64,000 nt of DNA, from positions 605,298-669,297 of the forward strand of contig JACKLA010000001.1 in NCBI GenBank assembly GCA_024236155.1, given 5' to 3'. The notes under the pieces are model-generated. The model was not told the origin of the DNA. It ran no database searches and was given only the letters and a program-made list of their open reading frames with translations. This document shows positions 1-9,909 of the stretch, piece after piece. Within the stretch, counting starts at the first letter, position 1. Each line of letters starts with the position of its first letter. The translations under genes and the position numbers were made by a program. Source of the DNA: Sphingomonadaceae bacterium. GTDB lineage: Bacteria; Pseudomonadota; Alphaproteobacteria; Sphingomonadales; Sphingomonadaceae.

Positions 1-1917
1 CCCGATCTGCGGGCGGCCCTGCTCCTGCAAGATCCGGCCGATCTTCGACTGAAAGCAGCAATAGACGTCGCGCTTGGAAAGGCAGATGCCGAGGAAGCTC
101 GACGAGCAGTAGGTACCGATCTTGTGGCAGAGCCCGGCATCGTCCTTCTGGTCGAGCAGAACCTCCGATGGGCTGCACAGCAGCGGAACGAGGAGCGGCA
201 CGCCCTTGCCCGAACAGCAATTGGCGAGCCCGAAGACCTTGTGTGCGCAGCTCTCGGCGGTGCCCTTGAACAGGGTCAGCGTGCTTTCGTCGAACTCGGC
301 ATTTGCCTGGCCGAGGGCATTGAGCGCAACGACCGCATCCTTGAACTCGTCGGAGGCCTCGCGTTCGATCGGCTCGCAGTCGCCATTGACGCAGTAAACG
401 TCGCCGCCGCAGATGTACTGCGCTGGCTGCGTCGCCGAACCCGGGATCGGGCACTTGTAGACGCGCTCGGCCACCTTGCACGAACCATCGCCGCTCGGCG
501 GATCGTCGAGGCAGGTCTCGTGGTCGAAGGTGCAGCTCGGCGTCGCATCGAGCTTGCCGCAGTCGTTTCCGCCGCCGACCACGGTCTGGCACTGGTAAGT
601 TTTCGTCGTCTCCCAGCACGGCCGGGTCACCGGAACGCCGTCGACCAGGCGGGTCTCATTGGGCGCAGTGCAGGTTTCAGAAGCCAGCGTGCAGGTGCCG
701 AGATCGACCGAGCAGGCGTTGTCGGTCCAGACCTGCGTGAACCATTTCGAGACCGAGCTCTCGGGGACGATCCCGGCGACATTGGCGCTGCACGAATAGA
801 CCTCTTCGGGCGCAGCGGGCTCGAGGCAATAGAGATAGCCCCCGCCCCCGAACGGATCGCCGATGAAATCCCAGGTCTTGCAGAGCTGGCGATCCGCCAG
901 CCCTGCGGCAGCAGCAGTGGTCCGCGTGCAGGTCGGCTCCATGGGAAGCGTCCCGCACTGCTGGAGGCCGGTGACGTACTGGACCGGAAAACCGGTGACG
1001 GGATCGAAGGTCAGTGCGTCGGTGATCCCTTCGGTGTTGCAGCGATAGACATTGCTCACGACCTGGAAGGCATCCGCCGGCGGCGGCTTGGCGACCGTGC
1101 CCATCAAGTAGACGTTGGGATCGGTGACCGCCGCGTCGCAGTCGTAGTAGTCGACCGTGAGGTTGTATTCGGGAACGGGGAAAGTGCCGGTCTTGCGGCA
1201 GAGGGTATTGCCCTCGAGTGCTGTGCAGCCCGGAAACCCCGGAGCCGTCACGCAGAGGTACTGGTAAAGCGTCTCGTTCCAGGCGGCGACGGTAAGGCTG
1301 CGGGTGCAGGTCTTGGGCTGTTCGACCACGCTCGAGCCGACGTTGCAGGTCCACTCGGCGGTGTTGGTGGTCCCCGGACTTGGCGGCAGCGGCACGCAGT
1401 TCCCGGTCGAGCCATCCGCGCTCATGCCAGACAAGTAGGCGTTGGGATCGTCGGTGACCGTATTCGCGCGCGAAAGGTCGGCGCGCGTCACATCGACGGT
1501 CGGGCGCGTGGTCGAGTTGGCGGTGCGGTAGGCATCGCTGTTTACGCCCGCCGCCGCCCCGTCGGCGTACATGTTGCCGGGATTGTCGTAGTACTGGGTG
1601 AGCCCGGGATAGTTCGCCTGATAGCCGGGGATTTGTCCGGCGGCCCCCGGCGCATCGGTGATCCCCTGGTTGGCCCCGCGCACGCTCGATCCCAGGCTGC
1701 GCGCCTCGGCCTTGGCCTCGTCCACCGTCATGGTGGCCGGCGCGGAAGGAGGCGGCGGGGCGGGTGCTGGCACGCCGGGCTCGATTGCAGGCGGGAGAGG
1801 CGGCTGCGGCTCGATGAGGTCATCGGGCGGCGGGATGTAGACCTGCGCCGCCGCGCCGGTCGCGGCGATCAACCCCAGGGCGGCAAGCGCCAGAGCTGCA
1901 AAGCGCCGCCCACCCAT
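1..1917 (-). CDS. traN: Mating-pair stabilisation protein TraN (3' end runs off the window)
   Basis: Not in the ORF track; translated by hand from ATG 1917 (MGGRRFAALALAALG...). Signal peptide, Pro-rich linker, Cys-rich body and TraN C-terminal pattern (LFKGTAESC..NCC..CHKIGTYCS..CCFQSKIGRILQEQGRPQ). Follows trbC. Confidence 0.92.
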   Translation of the reverse strand, partial: MGGRRFAALALAALGLIAATGAAAQVYIPPPDDLIEPQPPLPPAIEPGVPAPAPPPPSAPATMTVDEAKAEARSLGSSVRGANQGITDAPGAAGQIPGYQANYPGLTQYYDNPGNMYADGAAAGVNSDAYRTANSTTRPTVDVTRADLSRANTVTDDPNAYLSGMSADGSTGNCVPLPPSPGTTNTAEWTCNVGSSVVEQPKTCTRSLTVAAWNETLYQYLCVTAPGFPGCTALEGNTLCRKTGTFPVPEYNLTVDYYDCDAAVTDPNVYLMGTVAKPPPADAFQVVSNVYRCNTEGITDALTFDPVTGFPVQYVTGLQQCGTLPMEPTCTRTTAAAAGLADRQLCKTWDFIGDPFGGGGYLYCLEPAAPEEVYSCSANVAGIVPESSVSKWFTQVWTDNACSVDLGTCTLASETCTAPNETRLVDGVPVTRPCWETTKTYQCQTVVGGGNDCGKLDATPSCTFDHETCLDDPPSGDGSCKVAERVYKCPIPGSATQPAQYICGGDVYCVNGDCEPIEREASDEFKDAVVALNALGQANAEFDESTLTLFKGTAESCAHKVFGLANCCSGKGVPLLVPLLCSPSEVLLDQKDDAGLCHKIGTYCSSSFLGICLSKRDVYCCFQSKIGRILQEQGRPQIG

Positions 1918-1918
1918 C

Positions 1919-2683
1919 TCAATTTGCCTTCGCCAGCTGGGCGAGCGCGACGCGCGCAATCCCGGCGCCCGGACCCTTGCCGCCGGCAAAGCTCTCGAGC
2001 GCGTATTCGACGGTGACATTGCCGCTGAGCCGGTCATGGTCGGGCGTGGCGCTGGTGCAGTCGAGTCCGTCGCAGAGCTCGTATTCGCGGCTTGCGGCGA
2101 CAAAGGTTGGTGCAGCTTCGACCTTGAAGGCACGAAACAGGCGCGGGTCGATCGCGATGTGGGCTTCCTGGCCTTCGTTCGTCACCACCCGCTTTAGCCC
2201 CTCGGCAAAGGCCTTGGTGCTGCCGCCGGGAAAGCCGCGAAACACGACCACGCCGCCCGCTTTTGTGGTGTCGGCAATCAGCCGGGTGAGCGAGGCTTGC
2301 GGCATCGACAGGCTGGCAAAGACCATGAACATCGGCCCCTCGCTCATCGGCGCGCGGGTATTGGCCGCGGCCCCGGCGAGGAGTTCGTCGAAGTCGACCG
2401 CCCCGTCCGGGCCCTTGGGGAGCGAGGCAGGATCGATCGCGGCGACTGCCGCTAGACCCTTCTCACGCAGCTCCTCGGCTTCGCCGTGATGGGCTTCACC
2501 CTTGCCGGCAACCGCATCGACCAGCGTTTGGGCATCGGCCGTGGCTTCCGCCCCCCTCGCCTTCACGGCCTTGAGGTCGAGGCCGTCGATGGTCTGGGCA
2601 AGCGCGGCCGAGACCGCGGCGAGCGCGACGAAGCCGGCAATTCCTGCGAGGTGTGGCTTCAGCCTGGTGCGCATGGAAGTCAT
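1919..2683 (-). CDS. trbC: F-type pilus assembly protein TrbC
   Basis: VFASLSMP..GVVVFRGF..IDPRLFRAF..PTFV..DRLSGNVTVEYAL. Start reset to ATG 2683 (GAGG upstream), just after the traU stop. Confidence 0.88.
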   Translation of the reverse strand: MTSMRTRLKPHLAGIAGFVALAAVSAALAQTIDGLDLKAVKARGAEATADAQTLVDAVAGKGEAHHGEAEELREKGLAAVAAIDPASLPKGPDGAVDFDELLAGAAANTRAPMSEGPMFMVFASLSMPQASLTRLIADTTKAGGVVVFRGFPGGSTKAFAEGLKRVVTNEGQEAHIAIDPRLFRAFKVEAAPTFVAASREYELCDGLDCTSATPDHDRLSGNVTVEYALESFAGGKGPGAGIARVALAQLAKAN

Positions 2684-2691
2684 CGGCGTCC

Positions 2692-3714
2692 TCACAGCAT
2701 GCAGCAATTGCGCTTGCGCCAGACGAGGTAGCCAAAGTCCTCGCCCTTGACGGGGTAGCCCTTGCCGGTCTGGGGGATGATGGTGGTCGCGCCGACCGGC
2801 GCGCAGGCGTAGCGGCCCCTCACGGTCGAGATCGGGTTGGTCATCTGCAGCCGGTATTGCTGCTTGCGCATCACCGGCATCAGGTACTTGTGGCACAGCG
2901 CCTTCGAACCCATCGTCCCCCACGCAAGCGCTTCGCGGTGCATCTTGTAGAGCATGCGCTCGGCGACGAGCCGCGAGGCCTGGATCGGGGTGACGTGCGC
3001 CGCGACATGGCCGTTAAGGGGATACATCCCGCCATTGCAGCCCGCGCACCAGAACATCTGGTCGATCGGCAGCTTGGCGGTCGCCGCCACGCAGTCGGCG
3101 GCGCAGGCGGCGGTTGCGATCGGGTTGGAAAACAGCGCGACCTCGGGGTTGATGATCGAGGTGAGCGCCGAATCCTGCCAGAGCGGGTCGATCTCGGTGA
3201 CATAGGCGACGTCGAAGGTAGTCTGCTCGAAGCAGAGGAAATCGGTCAGGATCTCCATCCAGTAGAGCAGAGGGTAGACGTAGTAGTGCGACTGCCACTG
3301 CGAGCTATTCTGCGCCTTGCCGCCGATCTGGCTGCGCCCCTGGACGTGGCCGTTGCCGATGGCGAAGCCGGGATTGAGGCGAATCCCGCCAAGGTTGGGA
3401 AAGCACCAGGCCTTGTTCGTGACATCGACGAGCCGCACTGGCTCCCAGAAGCCGACCGAAATGCCGATGCGCGGGATCGGCGAGCCGCAGGCGCACAAGG
3501 GGAACGAGGGGTTCTTGGGATCGGGGCGCGAGCCTTTCCAGATCGAGAGCCCGCCGATCGACAGTGGGAACAGACACGACCAGCACACGTCAGTGATCGG
3601 GTTGATGAACTTGCCGTGGCAGGTGGCCGTATCAGCGCGCGCGGGCGTGGTGCCGGCAAAAGCGAGTGCGAGCGCTGCCAGCATCGCGGCGAGTTTCCTT
3701 GCGGCGCCCCTCAT
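2692..3714 (-). CDS. traU: TraU
   Basis: NPITDVCWSCLFP, GFWEPVRLVDV and the terminal GEDFGYLVWRKRNCC are TraU signatures. Confidence 0.95.
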   Translation of the reverse strand: MRGAARKLAAMLAALALAFAGTTPARADTATCHGKFINPITDVCWSCLFPLSIGGLSIWKGSRPDPKNPSFPLCACGSPIPRIGISVGFWEPVRLVDVTNKAWCFPNLGGIRLNPGFAIGNGHVQGRSQIGGKAQNSSQWQSHYYVYPLLYWMEILTDFLCFEQTTFDVAYVTEIDPLWQDSALTSIINPEVALFSNPIATAACAADCVAATAKLPIDQMFWCAGCNGGMYPLNGHVAAHVTPIQASRLVAERMLYKMHREALAWGTMGSKALCHKYLMPVMRKQQYRLQMTNPISTVRGRYACAPVGATTIIPQTGKGYPVKGEDFGYLVWRKRNCCML

Positions 3715-3977
3715 GGCTGTGCTCCTTGCGCGCAGGCCTCATCCGCCTTCAGTTTGGCGCGGAAGTAGGAGGCGCCGTGGAGCGGGGCGGCGAGCGTCAG
3801 GATCAGCGCGGGACCTGCACCCCAAGGGCCGAACAGTGCTTTCAGGAGCGGGAGCAGCAGGACAGTGAGCGCCAGCATCCAGCACAAGGTCATCCACCAG
3901 CGCCGCATATGGCGCAGGCGCGCCGTCTCGGGCGCGGCCATCGGGGTCTTGAGGAACGCAATCAGCGGGTGGGTCAT
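3711..3977 (-). CDS. Small two-TM membrane protein in the tra operon
   Basis: MTHPLIAFLK...; ATGA overlaps with traW and traU; two hydrophobic segments. Confidence 0.65.
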   Translation of the reverse strand: MTHPLIAFLKTPMAAPETARLRHMRRWWMTLCWMLALTVLLLPLLKALFGPWGAGPALILTLAAPLHGASYFRAKLKADEACAQGAQP

Positions 3978-4657
3978 GACACCTTGCCTCCGCCAGAAAG
4001 AGCGGGTGCAGCCTTCGCCGGGGGCAGCGGGATCTCGCTCACCTTGAGGCTCGAGCCCGCGGCCGAGACCACTGCCGGGGTGTGGCGAATGCCGAACTTG
4101 CCCGTCAGCATGCCGCCCTGATCGAAATAGAATCGCCGCTGCCAGGGCTTCATCGCGTCGAACGGCGAGCCCGAGACGAAGATGATCTTGGCCGCGGTGT
4201 CGCTCCAGGTCTTGACCGCCCATGCGAGTTCGTCCGCATTATCGCCATCGACGAAGACCAGCGCCTGACTCAATTGCACCATGTCGAGCGGATTGACCCG
4301 GGTGCCGCGCGCGGCGATTCTGTTGCCCTTGGCATCGACGATGTCGTCTTGCGCGACGATCGAGGGATCGAACAGCCACTCGCGTTTGGCAGTCGCCGGG
4401 GTCATGCCATCGACCGGTTTGGGGCGGCGCACGCTCGCAACCGCCTGTTCCTGCATCTGGTGCTGCATGCGCTCGATCCCGCCATTGGCCTCGAGCGTCC
4501 TCAGCCGCGTCTCGATGGTGGTGAGAAGATCGGTCTCGATGATCGGAAAGGTCTGGCCCATCTGACCGTAGTCGGCCGCGCGCAGTGCCGCGACGAAGGG
4601 CCAGCCCACCAGGAGCCCGGCCGCGCCCGCAGCGCTCAAGAGTGCCGGGCGCCTCAC
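3974..4657 (-). CDS. traW: TraW
   Basis: DYGQMGQTFPIIETDLL, FDPSIV..DI, RFYFDQGGMLTGKFGIRHTPAVV. Confidence 0.93.
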   Translation of the reverse strand: MRRPALLSAAGAAGLLVGWPFVAALRAADYGQMGQTFPIIETDLLTTIETRLRTLEANGGIERMQHQMQEQAVASVRRPKPVDGMTPATAKREWLFDPSIVAQDDIVDAKGNRIAARGTRVNPLDMVQLSQALVFVDGDNADELAWAVKTWSDTAAKIIFVSGSPFDAMKPWQRRFYFDQGGMLTGKFGIRHTPAVVSAAGSSLKVSEIPLPPAKAAPALSGGGKVS

Positions 4658-5229
4658 AGCACCGAATCCCCGGTGCCGATGATCCGGTTCGCGCAGACGA
4701 AGCCGATGTCAGCGTAGCGACTGTCCAGCCCGTCCTTGTGCGCGGTGCCGAGATAGTAGCAGCGCTTGGGGATGCGGCCGACCGGTCCCGGCGCCAGCGG
4801 TTCGCCGCGCGAACTGGCGGGCTTCAAACGCGCGACTTCGGCGCCATTGATCCGCACCACATTGCCGTCGCGGCTCACTAGGTCGCCCGGCATGCCGTAG
4901 ACGCGCTTGGCGAAGGGCGGTGAGACCTTGCCGAAATGCGCGGTGATGAGCGGGGTCTGCGGGGCCTTGAAGACCACGAAATCGCCGCGCTGGGGCACGC
5001 GGTGCTTGTCGATCCAGAACGCCCAGTTGGGGAGCGACTGGGTGGTGTTGATCAGGATCGCGTGTTCGTCGCGCCAGCTCGCCAGCGACGAACTCGCCGC
5101 GAGCGCCGCCGCGAGTCCGCCGATCACCAGCCAACGCCGGGCATCGGTGCCGCGACGATCGGCGACTTTGGCCCCGCGTTTGACCACGCGTTCGGCCGCG
5201 AGCTGGGTTGGCGCGTCAGTTAGCAGCAT
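4654..5229 (-). CDS. S26 family conjugative signal peptidase (TrhF-like)
   Basis: INTTQSLP (Ser), FAKRVYGMPGD (Lys), GLDSRY. Start uncertain (5229 or 5265). Confidence 0.85.
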   Translation of the reverse strand: MLLTDAPTQLAAERVVKRGAKVADRRGTDARRWLVIGGLAAALAASSSLASWRDEHAILINTTQSLPNWAFWIDKHRVPQRGDFVVFKAPQTPLITAHFGKVSPPFAKRVYGMPGDLVSRDGNVVRINGAEVARLKPASSRGEPLAPGPVGRIPKRCYYLGTAHKDGLDSRYADIGFVCANRIIGTGDSVL

Positions 5230-5785
5230 TGCCCGCAGCCCCAAGTGGTGCGCCTTGCGGAGCACCCTGCCCGCCCATCGCCGCGCGCATTGCGCCCATG
5301 ACGTCGGCGCCCGAGGCGGTAGCTGCTTGCGGCATCTTTACCCGGGCATAGACCTCGCGCCGGACGTCGGCGGTGATGTCGGGGACATTGCCGGCAACGA
5401 CCGCTTCGCCGACAAGCACGAGTTGGCCCGCCGCACCGCGTTTCTCGAGGTTGCGCTGGATCTCGCCCATGAACGCGCGGGTCTCGGCCGAGACCTGGTC
5501 GGGCGGGGTGGCCGAACGCGCCTGCGCCTGGACATATTCGCCGACGATTCCGGATAGCTGGACCTTGGCGATTGCCGGCATGTCGTGTCCGCCCAGCACG
5601 CTCTTGGTCACCCAGGCACCCCACAGGCCCGCCGCGACCAGCGCGGCCACCAGCGCGATCGGTGCCGCGCCAATCCGGGCACGGGGCATCGCGGTCGCCG
5701 GCGCTGCCGCCACCTCGGCTTCGAACAGCGGTCCCGGGGCTGCGCTTTCGCCGCTGCTGGGCACGATGCGGGGTCTACCTGCCAT
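5216..5785 (-). CDS. trbI: F-type TrbI-like protein
   Basis: One TM, then a helical domain ending LVLVGEAVVAGNVPDIT; lies between traC and traW. Confidence 0.75.
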   Translation of the reverse strand: MAGRPRIVPSSGESAAPGPLFEAEVAAAPATAMPRARIGAAPIALVAALVAAGLWGAWVTKSVLGGHDMPAIAKVQLSGIVGEYVQAQARSATPPDQVSAETRAFMGEIQRNLEKRGAAGQLVLVGEAVVAGNVPDITADVRREVYARVKMPQAATASGADVMGAMRAAMGGQGAPQGAPLGAAGNAAN

Positions 5786-6134
5786 GGGGGTTCTCCTTGG
5801 GATGGGGGATGTTCGCGGCCACGCGCCCGAGCGAATGACGGCGGAAGAAGGCCACGAGGACGAACAGGGCAGCACTCGCGAGCCAGAACAGGAGGCGAAA
5901 ACGGTCCTGACGCGCGCCGTCGGCGACGACGTAGCGCGAGGCGAAGTTCTCGATCTGCAGCACTGTGCCGGCGAAGCTGAAATCGCCGAGCATGACGAAG
6001 AACAGTAGCCACAGGGCGGCGACGCAGGCCGAGGTGACCGCGAGCCAGCCTGTCACCCGCAGCGCCAGGTAGCAGCCATCGGCGAAGCGCGACGGCCTGA
6101 ATCCTTGTAGCGACGGTGCAGGGGCGGGCATCAT
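5775..6134 (-). CDS. Hypothetical membrane protein in the tra operon
   Basis: 119 aa with two hydrophobic segments; overlaps the traC stop. Confidence 0.65.
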   Translation of the reverse strand: MMPAPAPSLQGFRPSRFADGCYLALRVTGWLAVTSACVAALWLLFFVMLGDFSFAGTVLQIENFASRYVVADGARQDRFRLLFWLASAALFVLVAFFRRHSLGRVAANIPHPKENPHGR

Positions 6135-8737
6135 TCGGCCGCCTCCGCCAGCTCGCCCTCGGCAAAGTCCGGCGCGCCGGGCTCGGCAGGGACGAAATCG
6201 GGAAAGGCGACCCGCTCGATCGCATCGGGGAGCGCGAGCCCGCCCCGCACTTTCTCCTCGATCTCAGAGAACACCCGCGGGCTCGAGGAATAGAGCGTCG
6301 CCGAATAGGGATCGAGTACGAGGCGCCCCACAGCGAGCGTCTCGGGGCCCTTGATGAGCACGTCGGAATACTCGGTGCCGTTGCGCTTCAGTGAGCGCAG
6401 CAGGCTCTCGGTATAGTGGTCCATCTCGAAGCGCTGGTGCTTGGCGAGATCGTTGATCGTCTCCTCCTTCTGCTGGAGGACGATCGACCAATCGGAGTTT
6501 TCGAGCGCGGCGAGCGAGCCTTCCGACTTGTAGAAGTCATTGAGCGACTGGGTCGCGGTGATGAGCGAGCCACCGTACTTGCGGCAGGTGCGGGCATAGG
6601 TCTCGATTGCCTGGCCCATCTGTCCGCCCCCCAGCAATTGCCAGGCTTCGTCGATCATGGTGAGCTTGGGCACCGAGCGGTCGAGATCGCGCATGACCCT
6701 GAGTGTCAGAAACATGAGCGCGGTCAGCGCGACCCAGCGCAGTTCGGGCTTCGAGGAGAGATCCGAGAGCTCGAACACGGTGAGCCCGGCGGAAAGATCG
6801 ATCGAGCATGCGCCCTCGAAGAAGCGGCCATAGGTGCCGCCAGTGAGGAATGGCGACATTGCGTCGGCAAGATCGCCGGCAAAGGGCGAAGGGAGCGCGC
6901 GCAGCGCCGCGGCCACATCGTCAATTGTGCCGGCGCGCTGTTTTTCGCGCCAGACGGTGCTCACCGCGGAATCGATGAGGCCGCGTTCGGTGTCGGTCAG
7001 GCGGTCCTGCTGGCGCGCCATCTGGCCGACGATTGATTTGAGCATGGCGAGGCACTCGACCTCGTAGTCCTCGCCGTCCGCGTCGCTCGACAGCGCCTCG
7101 CCATCGACCATGTCGAAGGGATTTAGTGAGAAGCCCGAGGAAAGCTTGAACTCGACGAACGCGCCGCCGAAGGCCTTGACCATGTGCTCGAACGAGCGGC
7201 CATCATCGATCACGATGACCTTGGCGCCCGCGCCCGACATCGCCGCACAGACGTCCTGGAGGAACACCGACTTGCCCGAGCCCGACTTGCCGAACACCGC
7301 GACATTGTGATTGCCTGCAGAATTCTGGAACGGCGACCAGAAGAACGGCTGCCCGCGCCGTCCGATGAGCAGCACGTGGGGGATGAGCCCGCCGGTGTGT
7401 TCGCCCTGGAGCGGCGCGATCGAGGCCGCTGTGGTGGTCAGCATGGTCTTGAAGCGCTTCATGCGCTTGAGGTCCGCCGAGAGCCCATTGGGCAGCGACA
7501 GCGGCATCGCGGCGAGCAGCCCCATAACCTGGAGGTAGCGCTCGTCGATGAGGTCCCACCCGCAGGCCTTGTAGACCGATTTGACCATCCGCTCGTTGAT
7601 GTCGCCCTTGCCGAGCGGCGAGAGCGCGCCGACGCCGTAGTAGACCTGAGCAAGCTTGCGGCCCTGGCGGATCTCGGCCTGGACATATTGCCATTCATCG
7701 CGCTGCTCGGAGAGCTGGGGGAGGAAGCGCGCCGAGCGGCTGTCGGCAAGGCTGGTGGTGCGCATGACCTTCAGGCCCGCGCGCGAGGCAACCGCCTCCT
7801 CGTCCTGGTAGACGAGGCCGAGCACGGTCATGACGTTGCAACCGAAGCGCAGCTTGTCGTTGATGACGTCGCCGATGATCTTCTGGACGTCCCACGGCGC
7901 CCATTGCTTGGGGAGGTTGCGCACCGAGAAGAAGCGCCAGTCGAACTTGTCGGGCACGACCTCGCCGATCACCGGCGCGCCGTCCTGGTTTTCACCCGTG
8001 GGTCGGAACCGCTCGGTGTGGAGCACGATCCGGTCAGGGGTGACCTGCGTCTCGAGATCGCGGCGCACACACTGGACGTTGATCGGGTCGAGTTCGGAAT
8101 AGTGTTCGGGCCGATCGGCGTTATCGACCGCGGGGCAGAGGAAATCGTCGAGGAAGGCGATCAGTTCGACCGGACCCATGTCGCGGGCCGGGATCGAAAG
8201 CGACTGCAGCGTGCCCATCAGGCTCTCGCGCACCGATACGAGCGTGTCGGCGCCGATCGGACCGCTCAGCCGGGCGCCGATCGAGAGGATGACACGGGTA
8301 TTGCGGAGATAGAACGGCGCATCGCGTGAGATCGACATCCAGGCAGCGCGGCGCAGCCAGCGCGCCCGGTGCATCGCGGCGCGGCCATAGACGCCTTTCG
8401 CCACCACGCGCGGCATCACCCAGTCGGCGATCCGCTCGCCGATCGACGGGCTCTGCCAATGGATCAGCTGGATCTCGCAGCCCGAGGGCACGGCGTCCGA
8501 CAGGAACTGGGTGAGGATTTCGCCGCTGCGCTCGTCGGCCCCCATCATCGGCGCGAGTTCGAGGATGAACCCCAGGGACTCGGTGTTGACGAACATCCGG
8601 CTCTTCTTCTCGTAGCTGCGGTAGGGCAGCCAATTGGAGAGCATCGGCGCGCCGAGCACCGGGCGCTCGGCTTCCGGATGAGCGCCTTCGCCGAACAGCA
8701 TGTCGAGGAACCGGTCCCAGAACCCGCGCGAGGCCAT
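6131..8737 (-). CDS. traC: TraC (VirB4-like ATPase)
   Basis: Walker A GKSGSGKS, IDDGRS, Walker B MIDEAW, RKYGGSLITATQ. Start reset to MASRGFW at 8737. Confidence 0.95.
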   Translation of the reverse strand: MASRGFWDRFLDMLFGEGAHPEAERPVLGAPMLSNWLPYRSYEKKSRMFVNTESLGFILELAPMMGADERSGEILTQFLSDAVPSGCEIQLIHWQSPSIGERIADWVMPRVVAKGVYGRAAMHRARWLRRAAWMSISRDAPFYLRNTRVILSIGARLSGPIGADTLVSVRESLMGTLQSLSIPARDMGPVELIAFLDDFLCPAVDNADRPEHYSELDPINVQCVRRDLETQVTPDRIVLHTERFRPTGENQDGAPVIGEVVPDKFDWRFFSVRNLPKQWAPWDVQKIIGDVINDKLRFGCNVMTVLGLVYQDEEAVASRAGLKVMRTTSLADSRSARFLPQLSEQRDEWQYVQAEIRQGRKLAQVYYGVGALSPLGKGDINERMVKSVYKACGWDLIDERYLQVMGLLAAMPLSLPNGLSADLKRMKRFKTMLTTTAASIAPLQGEHTGGLIPHVLLIGRRGQPFFWSPFQNSAGNHNVAVFGKSGSGKSVFLQDVCAAMSGAGAKVIVIDDGRSFEHMVKAFGGAFVEFKLSSGFSLNPFDMVDGEALSSDADGEDYEVECLAMLKSIVGQMARQQDRLTDTERGLIDSAVSTVWREKQRAGTIDDVAAALRALPSPFAGDLADAMSPFLTGGTYGRFFEGACSIDLSAGLTVFELSDLSSKPELRWVALTALMFLTLRVMRDLDRSVPKLTMIDEAWQLLGGGQMGQAIETYARTCRKYGGSLITATQSLNDFYKSEGSLAALENSDWSIVLQQKEETINDLAKHQRFEMDHYTESLLRSLKRNGTEYSDVLIKGPETLAVGRLVLDPYSATLYSSSPRVFSEIEEKVRGGLALPDAIERVAFPDFVPAEPGAPDFAEGELAEAAE

Positions 8738-8742
8738 TGCCG

Positions 8743-9909
8743 TTACTCCTCGACCTTGCCCGGGAAGGCGGCGGGGCCATTGGCCGGGATGGCCGCTTGC
8801 GGAACGGAAACGGCGGAGGTTTGCGCGGACGCGGCTTTCGCCGTTGGCAGCGTGGCCGGTGGTGCTGCGAGAACCGGTGCCGAGGCAACGGATGCCTTTG
8901 CCGTTTGCGTCAGGCGCGCCTGGACCTCGGCCCGGATCGCGTCGATGGGATTGCCCGACTTGAGCGCGGCCGCCTTGGCGCGCGCCGCCGCGACCGCCTC
9001 TGCGCTCGGCGGCGCAGCGACTACCGGCTTGTCTGTGGCCAATGCCGTTGGCGGGGCAATCTCGGGTTGCGCCATGGGCAGCGCCGGCGCTGGCAGCAGA
9101 GCCGCGCTTGCCAGGCTTACCGCGCGCCCTTCCACCTGGTCGCCGGCATTGAGCGCGCCGCTGGACAGCTCCATCCACCCGCCATCGTCGACCACGGCGT
9201 GGACAATCCGCGGCTCGTGGAGGTTGCCGCCGCCATCGACGAACGAGGGAAACACCACCTTCAGCACCCGGCGTTCGCGGTGGATCATGCCGTCGCTCGC
9301 GGCCGCGAGACGGCCCGATCCTGATGGGGCCAGCGCGGCGGTGACCGGCCTCCCGGTATTCGGCTGCCGGATGTAGGGTCCGGCAGGCGAACGGACAGGA
9401 GTCATCGGCCGCGCGTTCTGGATCGCGCTCAGCGCCTGGTCGTCGATCACCGTCGAGGGCGCACAAGTCCCGCCCGGCGCGCTGCAGGCAAAGCTGCCCT
9501 TGATGTTCCCGCCGAACAGCGAGGTGCAGGCGGCGAGCTGGGTCGCAGCAATGCCAACCGCCGCGATCTTCGCGGCCTTGCCCAGACGGAGCGGCTGCCG
9601 CCGCTCGGCCAGGGGCCCGAGCCGAACCGCAACCCGCCAGAAGGCGAGGCCGGCGGAGAGCGAGAACCTATCCTGGTTCAGCGCAGCATAGCCTGCCGAC
9701 CGCGCCCAGGCCTGGCTGCGCAGCTGCGTCAGTTCGCGTGGGGTGAGCAGACGTCCGCTCGGGGCCGCGAAGGCGGCGACGAGATCCTGCCACAAAGCGA
9801 TCGCCTCGACCCGGGTCAGACGGACGTCGGGAAGCGACACCTGGCCGTGCGATCGTCTCGCGACGGCGCGGGAAAGACCCGCCCGCTGCTGCAGCGTCAG
9901 CCAGGTCAC
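8743..9909 (-). CDS. traV: TraV lipoprotein with a long N-terminal extension
   Basis: LAAC lipobox followed by FACSAPGGTC and VVFPSFVDGGGNLHE..W. GTG at 9909 overlaps the dsbC stop; start uncertain. Confidence 0.8.
   Translation of the reverse strand: MTWLTLQQRAGLSRAVARRSHGQVSLPDVRLTRVEAIALWQDLVAAFAAPSGRLLTPRELTQLRSQAWARSAGYAALNQDRFSLSAGLAFWRVAVRLGPLAERRQPLRLGKAAKIAAVGIAATQLAACTSLFGGNIKGSFACSAPGGTCAPSTVIDDQALSAIQNARPMTPVRSPAGPYIRQPNTGRPVTAALAPSGSGRLAAASDGMIHRERRVLKVVFPSFVDGGGNLHEPRIVHAVVDDGGWMELSSGALNAGDQVEGRAVSLASAALLPAPALPMAQPEIAPPTALATDKPVVAAPPSAEAVAAARAKAAALKSGNPIDAIRAEVQARLTQTAKASVASAPVLAAPPATLPTAKAASAQTSAVSVPQAAIPANGPAAFPGKVEE

Noticed and set aside
124-2016. 630-aa plus-strand ORF and similar long antisense ORFs (e.g. 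10546-12210, 23621-25165, 28581-30524)
   Set aside because: Shadow frames opposite clear genes in high-GC DNA; no motifs.
8738-9466. Apparent 243-aa N-terminal extension making TraC 1111 aa
   Set aside because: Overlaps traV in another frame; an RBS and ATG at 8737 give a normal-length TraC.
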